The notes beneath the pieces were generated by a model. The model saw nothing but the letters and a program-made list of their open reading frames with translations, ran no database searches and was not told the DNA's origin. From Myxococcota bacterium (GTDB taxonomy: Bacteria > Myxococcota_A > UBA9160 > PR03), in contig JBFIML010000031.1 of NCBI GenBank assembly GCA_041611735.1, positions 1 to 49,729 on the forward strand: a DNA stretch of 49,729 nt, in the 5' to 3' direction. Below are positions 29,317 to 38,078 of the stretch, in pieces (positions within the stretch are counted from its first letter, which is position 1; every line of letters begins with the position of its first letter). The translations under genes and the position numbers were made by a program.

Positions 29317-29565
29317 TCAGCCGTCACAGCCGCAGCCGCCGCTGCGGGTCTCCTGCGCGGGCGTGCCGAGCAGCTCCGCCACGAAGCGCCGCGTCTGCCC
29401 GGCAGCGCCCCGGTTGACGGTCATCCCCACCTCGGCCGCGGCGGCCACCTCCTCGCGCGGAATCCCGAGCTCTTCGCACTTGGCAAGGTGATACCTGAGG
29501 CAAGGCTGGCAATTCACCGCGGCGGAGGCCCCGATGGCGATGATCTCCCGGGTTCGGTCGTCCAT
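29317..29565 (-). CDS. Small CMD/AhpD-like protein with CxxC
   Basis: EIIAIGASAAVNCQPCLRYH; C-terminal GGCGC; AAGGAGG RBS. Confidence 0.85.
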   Translation of the reverse strand: MDDRTREIIAIGASAAVNCQPCLRYHLAKCEELGIPREEVAAAAEVGMTVNRGAAGQTRRFVAELLGTPAQETRSGGCGCDG

Positions 29566-29595
29566 GGTCCGGCTCCCTCCTTGCTCCTACAGAGA

Positions 29596-29623
29596 AAGAC
29601 GCCCGCGAGGCCGATTCGTTACA
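29596..29623 (-). promoter_or_regulatory. Putative ECF promoter of the CMD-sigma operon
   Basis: Minus strand TGTAAC-N16-CGTCTT, 30 nt upstream of ATG 29565. Confidence 0.6.
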
Positions 29624-29654
29624 TCGGGTGGCTCATGGAGTGCCCTTCGCGCAC

Positions 29655-31946
29655 TCAACGGCGCGGCAGCCGGGCGACCCGATCGTGGTCCCGAAGCACC
29701 CACGCCTCGTCCCACTCGGCTCCCCGCACGTCGAGCTCCGACCGCACCGGCACCCCGCCCTCGCGTCGGGTCTGCAGGCGCCGAGAGTAGGGCCACGCCA
29801 CCGGCCGCCCGCCGCGAAGCAGCAGGATCCCCGGCGCGTCGGCCGCGTCGCCTCCACGCCAGCGAGCGACCACCCGGCCCGACTCCACCCGGGCCTCCAC
29901 CAGCTCGAGCTTGCTCGTGCGCTCGGACGCCTCCGCCACCTGGAAGCTGCCGACCCCTTGGAACTTGAGCTTCTCGTCCAGCAGCCCCCACGGCTTCCAC
30001 ATCCCCCGCAGCAGTGCCACTGCCAGCGCCAGCGTCCGCCAGCCGATGCTGGCGAGCACTCCGAGATCCCTCCAGCGCGGTCGCTCCGGAAACCAGCCGC
30101 GCAAGCGTCTCAGGGTCCCCCCTCGCATGGACGACGGCAACGCGCGCAGCGCCGCCCGACCGTCCGCCTCCGCCAGCAGGCTCCCGCCGACCAGCCCGTC
30201 TCCGCGGCGATGCGCCACCAGCCGCAGCCGCGTGAGAGGCACTGGGAAGGCGGTGATCTCGAACAGGCAGTCCCCGGACTCCAGCACCAGCGTGCCGTCC
30301 CGCCAGGTGCCGTCGAATGCGTAGTAGAGGATGCGCGGATCCGGAACGCCCACTGCGTTCCCGGACGCATCCATTCCGAAGCGCTGCACACCCCAGGCGA
30401 TCACGTACTCCCCGTCCCGCTTCAGGATCCCGACGTCGATCGACAGGCTCGCCAGTCCGATCTGGTCGAAGCTCGGCACGATCGAGGGCGCCTGCACGGC
30501 CAGCCGGGTGGCGCGGAAGCCCTCCGGGAGCGGTCCGCTCTCGCTCGCGATCCAGGGGATCTCCAGCTCCTGGTCGAAGGCGTGCTCTGCCTCGCCGACC
30601 GTGTAGGTGCCCCGCACCCGCACCGCGGACACCGGATCCGCCAGCACGTGCAGCTGGCTGCCGTCCGGGCAGACGGGCGCATTGGCGGACCGGATGCGTC
30701 CCGGGCGGGTCACCCCACCCTCGGTGTGCAGCACCCGTACGCCCACCGCGTCCCCCGGGCCCACCGGCTCCCCGGCCGCACCTCCGGGGCTGCAGAGCAC
30801 GAGCCGCCCGCCGTCGGGCTGCGACGTCGCACGTTCGGCCTCCGGAACGGCGCCGTACGGAACGTAGACCACCGCTCCGCTCGCCGAGGCCGTGGCGAGC
30901 CCGTGTCGCCCCAGGGCCACCGAAGCGTTGAGGTTGCAGAGCGTCCCGGGCTGCCGCGTGTCGTAGCGCCAGCGCGGCGTCCCGTCGCGTTCCAGAGCGG
31001 TCAGCCATCCGTCCCCGCCCGGCACGTAGAGGTGCGCCCCGACCGCCACCGAGCCCCGGATCGCCTCCCCCAGCCAGCGCGTCCAGCGCACGGCGCCGGT
31101 CCGCAGCTCCAGCGCGTACACCACGCCATCCGCCGACCCGATCACCACCTGGTCACCGTCCACCGCGGCGGAGGCGTAGATCGGCCCGCCGGTCGCCGTG
31201 CGCCACACCACGCGTCCGCTGGCCGCGTCCAGCGCCATCACGTGGTGGTCGAAGCTGCCCACGATCACCCGTCCGTCCGCCACGGCCGGCGAGGATGCGA
31301 TGAAGTTGCCGAGGTTGCGGCGCCAGCGGACCCGGCCCGTCTGCAGCTCGAGCGCGTAGAGACAGCGGTCGAACGACGGCACGAACACGAGATCGTCCGC
31401 GAAAGCCGGCGCACCCCAGATGTGGAGGCCCGTCGGCGTGGCCCAGCGCACGCCCACGAACGGCTCGATCGCGTACAGGTAGAAGTCGTCGTTGCCCGCG
31501 TACAGCCAGCCATTGGGGCCGAGGACGACGTTGCCTTCCCACCAGTAGATCGTCGAGGGCGTGACGCGCGTCCGGTCGAGCATCCGGTCGTAGCGCCACA
31601 CCTCCTTGCCATCGACATCGAAGCCATAGATGCGCCCGTCTCCCCCGGGCACCCAGACCGAGCCATCGGGTCCGATGCACGCCGCCGAGTCGATGACCTC
31701 GCCGGTCGCGACCCGCCACACCACCTGGCCGCGCTGCGGATCCAGCCGGTAGAAGCCGCGGTCGGCCGATCCCACGTAGATCTGCTCGTCGGCGCCGATC
31801 ACCGGGGTCGAGAACACCGGCCCCCCGGTCTGGAAGCTGCGGATCGGCCAGCCTCGCGGCTCGGGCGACACCCGCGCCCGCCCGAGGTTCGCGAAGCCGC
31901 CCCGCATCGAGGGCCAGGGCACCGTCGGCTCCGATGTTCCGGTCAT
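29655..31946 (-). CDS. PQQ-like beta-propeller repeat protein with uncharacterised C-terminal region
   Basis: Repeated SSPAV..G.V.VGS.D..YALD..TG...W blades; no signal peptide; start ATG 31946 inferred. Confidence 0.8.
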   Translation of the reverse strand: MTGTSEPTVPWPSMRGGFANLGRARVSPEPRGWPIRSFQTGGPVFSTPVIGADEQIYVGSADRGFYRLDPQRGQVVWRVATGEVIDSAACIGPDGSVWVPGGDGRIYGFDVDGKEVWRYDRMLDRTRVTPSTIYWWEGNVVLGPNGWLYAGNDDFYLYAIEPFVGVRWATPTGLHIWGAPAFADDLVFVPSFDRCLYALELQTGRVRWRRNLGNFIASSPAVADGRVIVGSFDHHVMALDAASGRVVWRTATGGPIYASAAVDGDQVVIGSADGVVYALELRTGAVRWTRWLGEAIRGSVAVGAHLYVPGGDGWLTALERDGTPRWRYDTRQPGTLCNLNASVALGRHGLATASASGAVVYVPYGAVPEAERATSQPDGGRLVLCSPGGAAGEPVGPGDAVGVRVLHTEGGVTRPGRIRSANAPVCPDGSQLHVLADPVSAVRVRGTYTVGEAEHAFDQELEIPWIASESGPLPEGFRATRLAVQAPSIVPSFDQIGLASLSIDVGILKRDGEYVIAWGVQRFGMDASGNAVGVPDPRILYYAFDGTWRDGTLVLESGDCLFEITAFPVPLTRLRLVAHRRGDGLVGGSLLAEADGRAALRALPSSMRGGTLRRLRGWFPERPRWRDLGVLASIGWRTLALAVALLRGMWKPWGLLDEKLKFQGVGSFQVAEASERTSKLELVEARVESGRVVARWRGGDAADAPGILLLRGGRPVAWPYSRRLQTRREGGVPVRSELDVRGAEWDEAWVLRDHDRVARLPRR

Positions 31947-32045
31947 CGCGGGCTCCCGGAGAGCGCCACCCACCCAGGGGAAGGTACCGAGTTCCAGCGG
32001 AGTGGGGTGATATGCTTCCCCGGCTCCGGCAGAGGGAGAGAGGCG

Positions 32046-33347
32046 GTGACCGACGTCCGAGTCGAGCGAGTCGTCACGCTCGACATCCTGCGGGGCCTGG
32101 CGATCATCGGGATGGTCTTCCTGCACAACGGCGCCTTCCACTTTGCGAAGCTCGAGGACGCCCTGAAATCTCCCCCGCCGTGGCTGGTCGCCTTCGGATT
32201 CCTGCTGCTCTGGGCCGGCCTCTTCGGTCTGGTCTCCGGGGCGGCCAATGCCACCACCGCGATGAGACGGCTTGCCCGCGAGGAAGCCCGCGCACCGGTG
32301 CCCTGGCGATACCCCCGTTCGCTGGTGGCCGGATCGCTACAGACCTTCGTCATCGTCTTCGTGCTGCACTGGATCTGGACGCTCGTGGTGGCCAACTCCG
32401 CCGTCACCCAGGATCTCGACGATCCGACCCTGCGGGTCACGCTGGTGCCCGGCCTGATGTACTACGGATTCCTTCCTCGCATCCACCCCGAAAACTACGT
32501 CTTTGCCAGCGCCCTGTGGATGATCGCAGCCAACGTGCTGCTGGTCTCGCTGACCTTGCGCTGGCTGTATCGTCGCCATCCGCCGCGCCAGGGGGACGGG
32601 TTGGCGCGCTCGCTGCTCGGGCTGGCGGCCTTCGTCCTGGCGGCGACGCCCGTGCTGCGCGCGCTGCTGTTCGAGCCGATGATGACCCTGGTCCACCAGG
32701 GTGGGGCGTCGATCCTGGCAGCGATCCTGCCGGCGCTGCTCGTCAACGACCCGAACCCCGTGTTCCCCTTCTTCGCCTACGGGCTGCTCGGTGCCATCGT
32801 CGGCGCGTCGCTGGCGCGTGGCGAGCCGCGCAGACCGCTCTACCGGCTGATGGGACTGTCCGGCCTGGTCCTCCTGATCGCTGGCGGAGCGGGCCTCTAC
32901 GCCCTGGGCGGCGTGGTGGTGGCGGGGCGCGAGGGGATCTGGGGCCAGTCCCCAGTGTACTTCGCCTCCCTGGCCTACCTGCTGCTCGGCCTCTTCGCGT
33001 GGCTGCTGATCGGGCTGCTGGCGGCCTTCGACCCGCCGCTCGGATCGGGGCGGGTCGCGTGGCGCCCGGGCTGGCTCCGCCCGGTCCTGCGATTCGGTCG
33101 GCTCAGCCTGACCGTCTTCATGCTCGAAGGCATCGTCGCCATGGCCGTGCGGATCGCCCTCGACGCGGCGCGCCCGGGCTGGAACGGCGTGGTCTGGGCG
33201 GTGCTCGTCTTCGCGCTCGGCAACGTGCTGCTGTGGCACGTGGTGCTCCTGGCCTGGGAGCGGGTGGACTACCGGGGCTCCCTGGAGTGGTGGCTGGCAC
33301 GCATCCGCAGGAGCGAGGACCGCGCACAGGCACTGCGACCGTCGTGA
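32046..33347 (+). CDS. Multi-pass membrane protein (HGSNAT/DUF1624-DUF418-like acyltransferase fold)
   Basis: TLDILRGLAIIGMVFLH, PVFPF, FGRLSLTVF, YRGSLEWW; about 11 TM; extended -10 TGaTATGCT at 32008-32016. Confidence 0.7.
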   Translation: MTDVRVERVVTLDILRGLAIIGMVFLHNGAFHFAKLEDALKSPPPWLVAFGFLLLWAGLFGLVSGAANATTAMRRLAREEARAPVPWRYPRSLVAGSLQTFVIVFVLHWIWTLVVANSAVTQDLDDPTLRVTLVPGLMYYGFLPRIHPENYVFASALWMIAANVLLVSLTLRWLYRRHPPRQGDGLARSLLGLAAFVLAATPVLRALLFEPMMTLVHQGGASILAAILPALLVNDPNPVFPFFAYGLLGAIVGASLARGEPRRPLYRLMGLSGLVLLIAGGAGLYALGGVVVAGREGIWGQSPVYFASLAYLLLGLFAWLLIGLLAAFDPPLGSGRVAWRPGWLRPVLRFGRLSLTVFMLEGIVAMAVRIALDAARPGWNGVVWAVLVFALGNVLLWHVVLLAWERVDYRGSLEWWLARIRRSEDRAQALRPS

Positions 33348-33376
33348 GAACCCTGCGCCAGTGGAGGCCGAGGGGC

Positions 33377-33403
33377 TGTAACCGCGGCGCCCCGAAACGT
33401 GTA
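33377..33403 (+). promoter_or_regulatory. Putative ECF (SigF/ECF16-like) promoter of the bufferin operon
   Basis: TGTAACC at 33377-33383 followed by CGTGTA at 33398-33403. Confidence 0.45.
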
Positions 33404-33495
33404 GTAGAGTGTGTCGAAGGGGAGGCGTGCGGGACGGCTCCGCGGACGACGGTCCGGGGCGCCCATTCAGGGCTGTCCGAATCGAAGGAGGGGGA

Positions 33496-33750
33496 ATGAA
33501 GCTTCGAGGAATCCTGGTCGCGAGTGCCGCACTCGGCCTGCTTGCCGGCGGGGTGAGCTGCGCCGGTGAGGTGCAGGGCGAAGAGGTGAAGTGCGCGGGC
33601 ATCAACAGCTGTGGCGGCAAGGGCGAGTGCGCCGCGGCAGACGGCAGCCACGACTGTGGCGGGAAGAACAGCTGCAAGGGCAAGGGCTGGGTGCACATCG
33701 ATTCCGCCAAGGAGTGCACCGATCAAGGCGGCACCGTTCTCGAGCAGTAG
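33496..33750 (+). CDS. bufA2: Bufferin-type (BufA2-like, 6-Cys) RiPP metallophore precursor
   Basis: Signal peptide, then KCAGINSCGGKGEC...DCGGKNSCKGKGW...ECTDQGG; directly upstream of DUF692 and DUF2063 genes; AAGGAGG RBS. Confidence 0.85.
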   Translation: MKLRGILVASAALGLLAGGVSCAGEVQGEEVKCAGINSCGGKGECAAADGSHDCGGKNSCKGKGWVHIDSAKECTDQGGTVLEQ

Positions 33751-33764
33751 AGGCGCTCACGAGA

Positions 33765-33798
33765 GCTCGGCCCGCCCCTCACAGGGCGCGGGCCGAGC
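33765..33798 (+). terminator. GC-rich stem-loop between precursor and modification genes
   Basis: GCTCGGCCCGC-CCCT-CAC-AGGG-C-GCGGGCCGAGC; no strong U-tract. Confidence 0.55.
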
Positions 33799-33844
33799 CT
33801 TCCTCGCTGCCCCGGCCAACGAGGGCCGTGCGGCGAAGCCGGTG

Positions 33845-34684
33845 ATGCGAACTCCCGATCTCGGACACGGCGTGGGTCTGCGGCGCGAGCACTTCGAGCG
33901 GGTGCTCTCGGGCCCGACGCAGGTCGACTGGTTCGAGGTGATCTCCGAGAACTTCATGGTGAAAGGGGGGCGCCCGCTCCACGTCCTCGAGCGGGTGCGA
34001 CGCGACTACCCGGTGGTCCTGCACGGGGTGAGTCTCTCGATCGGCACGGTCGATCCACTCGACCGCGACTACCTCGACCGCCTGGCGGAGCTGGCAGCGC
34101 GGGTAGAGCCGGCCTGGGTGTCCGACCACCTGTGCTGGACGGGCGTCGGCGGGCACAACGCGCACGATCTGCTGCCCCTGCCGTACACGGAGGAGGCGCT
34201 CGACCACGTCGTCACGCGCGTGGAGGCGGTCCAGGAGCACCTGGGCCGGCGCATCGCCCTCGAGAATGCCTCGACCTATCTCAGCTTCGCGGGCTCGACC
34301 CTGTCCGAATGGGAATTCCTGTCCCAGCTGGCGACGCGGGCGGACTGCGGGATCCTGCTGGACGTGAACAACGTCTATGTGAGCGCCGCGAATCACGGCT
34401 TCGACGCCGAGGGCTACCTCCGGGCGCTGCCGCCCGAGCGGGTCTGGCAGATGCATCTCGCCGGCCACGTCGACCGGGGCAGCCACCTGCTCGACACCCA
34501 CAGCCGGCGCGTCTGCCAGGAGGTCTGGGAGCTCTACCGCTTCGCCACCCGGCGCATGGGCGCGGTCGCGAGCCTGGTGGAGTGGGACGAGGACATCCCT
34601 GACTGGGACACCCTCGAGGCCGAGAGCCTGCGGGGACGCGAGGTACAGCGCGAGGCACTCGCCGACCCGTGCCCGAGCACCTGA
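33845..34684 (+). CDS. bufB: DUF692 multinuclear non-heme iron-dependent oxidative enzyme (MNIO)
   Basis: GVGLRREH, EVISENF, HGVSLSIG, SDHLCW, HDLLPLPY, LEN, LLDVNNVYV, HLAGH, DTH, EWD. Confidence 0.93.
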   Translation: MRTPDLGHGVGLRREHFERVLSGPTQVDWFEVISENFMVKGGRPLHVLERVRRDYPVVLHGVSLSIGTVDPLDRDYLDRLAELAARVEPAWVSDHLCWTGVGGHNAHDLLPLPYTEEALDHVVTRVEAVQEHLGRRIALENASTYLSFAGSTLSEWEFLSQLATRADCGILLDVNNVYVSAANHGFDAEGYLRALPPERVWQMHLAGHVDRGSHLLDTHSRRVCQEVWELYRFATRRMGAVASLVEWDEDIPDWDTLEAESLRGREVQREALADPCPST

Positions 34685-35565
34685 CGGTGCAGCGCTTTCC
34701 CGACCTACGAGAGCTGCAGTCGTTGTTCTGGCGGCTCCTCACGGCACCCGAAGGCGTGCGCAAGGGCGTGGCGGAGCTCCGTCGCACGGGGGAGCTCGAG
34801 TCCGAGGATCTCGCCTTCCTGGTGCACGCCGACGCCAGGCTGGGGCCGGTCGCGCGCCTCGACATCTACGCCGACATGTACTTCTACCGCCTGCGCGACT
34901 GCCTGGCTGAGGACTTCCCCAAGGTCGTGGCGCGGATCGGCGCAGCGCGCTTCCACAACCTGGTGACCGACTACCTGCTGGCGCACCCGTCTACCCACTT
35001 CTCGCTGCGGGAGCTGGGCCGTGCGCTACCGGACTTTCTCGGCACTCACCCGCTGGCCCGCGAGTTCCCGGTGCTCTCGGATCTCGCCCGGCTCGAGTGG
35101 GCGCGGGTGGACGTCTTCGACGAGGCGGATGCGGCGCCGCTCTCTCGCCAGGCGCTGCTGGAAGGGGGAGCGTCCGCGCCGGAGACGTTCGCGCTGCGGC
35201 TCGTCCCGAGCGCTCGCCTTCTTCGCGCTGACGCTTCGGTCCTGAGGCTCTGGAGACACCTCCACGGTGGGGGCGACGCGCAGCCAGACGACCCGCCGGA
35301 CACCTGCCAGGAGCAGAGCTCCGGAATCTGCGTCTGGCGCAAGGGCCTCGCCGTCTTCCACCGCGCGCTGCCGGGGGACGAAGAGAGCTGTCTCGAGGTG
35401 CTGGCCTCGGGAGGCGCCACCCTCGCGCGACTCGGCGAGAGGCTGCTCGAACGGCAGCCCCCGAACGCTCCGCCCCAGCAGGCTGCCCAGCGCTTCGCCA
35501 AGCTGCTCGACCTCTGGGCTCGCGACGAGCTCCTGACTTCGCACGCCTCGCTCTCGGGCCGGTAG
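34669..35565 (+). CDS. bufC: DUF2063 MNIO partner protein (BufC/HvfC-like)
   Basis: ELQSLF, RLDIYADMYFYRL..DFP, YLLAHPS, DLARLEWA; overlaps DUF692 gene. Confidence 0.85.
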   Translation: MPEHLTVQRFPDLRELQSLFWRLLTAPEGVRKGVAELRRTGELESEDLAFLVHADARLGPVARLDIYADMYFYRLRDCLAEDFPKVVARIGAARFHNLVTDYLLAHPSTHFSLRELGRALPDFLGTHPLAREFPVLSDLARLEWARVDVFDEADAAPLSRQALLEGGASAPETFALRLVPSARLLRADASVLRLWRHLHGGGDAQPDDPPDTCQEQSSGICVWRKGLAVFHRALPGDEESCLEVLASGGATLARLGERLLERQPPNAPPQQAAQRFAKLLDLWARDELLTSHASLSGR

Positions 35566-35667
35566 CGCGCGGCGGCTCCGCCGCTCAGCGGCCGCGCGGA
35601 AAGCGCTCCACGCCTGGTTCCGCGCGACCGAATCGCCGATGGCGAAGCCAGCTCGGCCCGGCGCGGG

Positions 35668-36321
35668 TCAGCCGCGCTCCAGGCCCCGCAGGATGATCTC
35701 GGCGATGGCGTCCGCCGTGGCCTTGGGCGATGCGCCGGCCATCTCGGCCATTTCCGGGCGCGCGAACTCGCGACCCAGCCCACCGAGGACGTGCGCCACC
35801 GCGGCGGTGTCGACGGGGGGGATCTGTCCCTGCTCCACCGCGCGGTCCAGGAGGCTTCGCGCCACTGCGATCACGTAGCTCTCGTGGGCATCGAGGAGCC
35901 GGCTGGCGCCGGGGATGTCGGCCAGCTCCCGGGCGTAGGCCACCGTGGTGGGCTGCACCGCCTGGTTGGCGGCCTGGAGGTACGCGCGCAGCGCCTCCAG
36001 CGGAGACATGGAGGCGCGCAGGGGCTCGATGGCCGCGCGGCCGATCCGGCGCAAGCGCCGGTCCACCACGGCGAGGACCAGCTCCTCCTTGCTGGGCGAG
36101 ATGCCGTACAGGGTACGTAGCGAGCAGTTCACCTGGGCCGCGATCTCGGCCATGGTGAGGTCGGCGAACCCCTTCACGGCGAAGATCTTCTCCAGCTCGT
36201 CCAGGATCTCGCGCTGTCGCGCGGTGAGCCGACGCTCGCTCTCTGGATGGAGCAGGGGCTTCGGAGGGAGCACGCCCGGAAAGCGCAGCCGCTGCTCCGG
36301 ACGGGTCTCCGGCACGCTCAA
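35668..36321 (-). CDS. TetR/AcrR family transcriptional regulator
   Basis: GFADLTMAEIAAQVNCSLRTLYGISPSKEEL HTH; start TTG 36321 (overlapping atuA stop) or GTG 36315. Confidence 0.88.
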   Translation of the reverse strand: MSVPETRPEQRLRFPGVLPPKPLLHPESERRLTARQREILDELEKIFAVKGFADLTMAEIAAQVNCSLRTLYGISPSKEELVLAVVDRRLRRIGRAAIEPLRASMSPLEALRAYLQAANQAVQPTTVAYARELADIPGASRLLDAHESYVIAVARSLLDRAVEQGQIPPVDTAAVAHVLGGLGREFARPEMAEMAGASPKATADAIAEIILRGLERG

Positions 36322-38078
36322 GGGAGCAGCGCCTCCGGGAGGTCCACCAGCCGCGCGCGCAGCCACTCGCCCAGGCCCTTGGCCTGGGGGTCCTGGCGCG
36401 TCGAGGCCGCGACGCCCTCCTCCAGGAGACCGTGGATCACGAAGTTGAGCGAGCGGAGGGCGGGGAGCCGGTGGCGATCCAGCGGGAGCTTCGCCACCTC
36501 CGGCACGAGCTCGCGCAGGCGCTCCACGCTCAGGAAGCCGTCGAGCCAGACCCAGGCCGGGTCGCTGCGGGCGAAGACGCCCAGGTTCGCGTCGCCGCCC
36601 TTGTCGCCGGAACGCGTGCCGAAGACCTGCCCGAGGGGCACGCGGGAGGTGGGACCGGTGGGCGGGGACGCCGTCGGTCCCGGCGCGGGTGTGACGGAGA
36701 CCGGCGGAGCGGAGGGAATCACGGAGGAGACCTCGCGGGTCTCGCCGCCCAGCACCACCACCTGCTGGGGAACCGCTTCCGCGGGCACGCAGGCCGGCTC
36801 GTAGACGCCGAACGGGCGCCCCGGGCCCGGCCCCCCGCCGACTCCGAAGAAGCCCGGGATGGTGGCCAGGGCGAGCTCGATCACGGCGTTGGAGAAGGCC
36901 CGGCCCACCTTCTGCTCGTCCGGGTCCTTGACGCTGATCTTCAGGATCGCCACCGCTTGCTCGTTCGTCTCGGGATCCGGCTTGTCGGTGCGGACCAGGC
37001 GCGTCGTGACCCGGGCGAAGTCCCCGGGCGCGTAGGGGCAGGCCCGCCAGAAGGCCTCCTCCACCAGTGCGGCCTTGGCCTCGATGTCGAGGCCCGTGAG
37101 GCAGATGCTCATGTCATTGCGGAAGCCGCCCAGGCGGTTGATGCACACCTTGAGCGTGCTCGGAGGCGGCTCGCCCTGGATCCCGTGCATGCGCACGCGG
37201 TCCCGTCCCACCGGCTCGAGCTGGATCGTGTCGAAGCGGGTGGTGACGTCGGGGCCGAAGTACTCCGGGCCGGCGATCTCGTAGAGAAGCTGCGAGGTGA
37301 CCGTGCCGATCGATACCTCGCCCCCGGTCCCGTCGTGCTTGCCGATCACCGAGGAGCCGTCCTCGGCCACTTCCGCCCAGGGGAAGCCGACCCGCGCCAT
37401 GCCCGGGACCTCGGTGAAGAAGGAGTAGTTGCCGCCCGTGGCCTGGGTGCCGCACTCGATCACGTGGCCAGCCGCCACCGCACCGGCCAGTGCGTTCCAG
37501 TCCGTGCGGCTCCAGCCGTGGTGCCAGGCTGCCGGTCCGCACACCACCGCCGCGTCGGTGCAGCGCCCGGTGATCACGATGTCCGCGCCCTGGTCGAGTG
37601 CCTCCACGATGCCCCAGCAGCCGAGGTAGGCATTCGCGGTCAGGAAGCTGGCAACGTCCTTGATCGGCTCGTTGGTCTCGAAGTGGCGGAGCTGGTCGGC
37701 GGCGACCAGCTCGCTCATGCGCGGGACCAGGTCGTCTCCGCGCACGTAGGCGATCCGGGGGTGCAGGCCCAGCTTCTCGGCCACCTCGGCCACGGCCTCG
37801 GCGCAGCCGTCGGGATCCAGGCCTCCGGCGTTGGAGACCACCTTGATGCCGCGGTCGAGGCAGGTGCCCATCACCTGCTCCATCTGGGTCACGAAGGTGC
37901 GCGCATAGCCGCCGCCCGGATACTTCGTGCGCGTGCGGGCCAGGATCAGCATGGTGAGCTCGGCGAGCCAGTCGCCGGTCAGGACGTGGATGGGGCCGCC
38001 CTCCACCATCTCCTTCGCCGCCGAGAGGCGGTCTCCGAAGAAGCCCGAGCAGTTGGCGATGCGGATCGGCTCGGCCAT
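36318..38078 (-). CDS. atuA: Acyclic terpene utilization AtuA family protein (DUF1446, Rv0976c-like)
   Basis: RIANCSGFFGDR, DWLAELTM, NAYLG, GHVIECGTQATGGNY, QLLYEI, RSGDKGGDAN, DPQAKGLGE. Confidence 0.92.
   Translation of the reverse strand: MAEPIRIANCSGFFGDRLSAAKEMVEGGPIHVLTGDWLAELTMLILARTRTKYPGGGYARTFVTQMEQVMGTCLDRGIKVVSNAGGLDPDGCAEAVAEVAEKLGLHPRIAYVRGDDLVPRMSELVAADQLRHFETNEPIKDVASFLTANAYLGCWGIVEALDQGADIVITGRCTDAAVVCGPAAWHHGWSRTDWNALAGAVAAGHVIECGTQATGGNYSFFTEVPGMARVGFPWAEVAEDGSSVIGKHDGTGGEVSIGTVTSQLLYEIAGPEYFGPDVTTRFDTIQLEPVGRDRVRMHGIQGEPPPSTLKVCINRLGGFRNDMSICLTGLDIEAKAALVEEAFWRACPYAPGDFARVTTRLVRTDKPDPETNEQAVAILKISVKDPDEQKVGRAFSNAVIELALATIPGFFGVGGGPGPGRPFGVYEPACVPAEAVPQQVVVLGGETREVSSVIPSAPPVSVTPAPGPTASPPTGPTSRVPLGQVFGTRSGDKGGDANLGVFARSDPAWVWLDGFLSVERLRELVPEVAKLPLDRHRLPALRSLNFVIHGLLEEGVAASTRQDPQAKGLGEWLRARLVDLPEALLP

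Noticed and set aside
29317-29319. Possible selenocysteine read-through at TGA stops of Cys-tailed proteins (also 48274-48276)
   Set aside because: No continuation of homology or recognisable SECIS; the neighbouring gene or its RBS follows immediately
25648-29790. 1380-aa plus-strand ORF
   Set aside because: Antisense to the cyclase, sigma and CMD genes; codon-mirror artefact
29628-32045. N-terminal extension of the 1239-aa ORF 29628..33347
   Set aside because: Antisense to the propeller gene; the real protein starts at about 32046 after a purine-rich RBS
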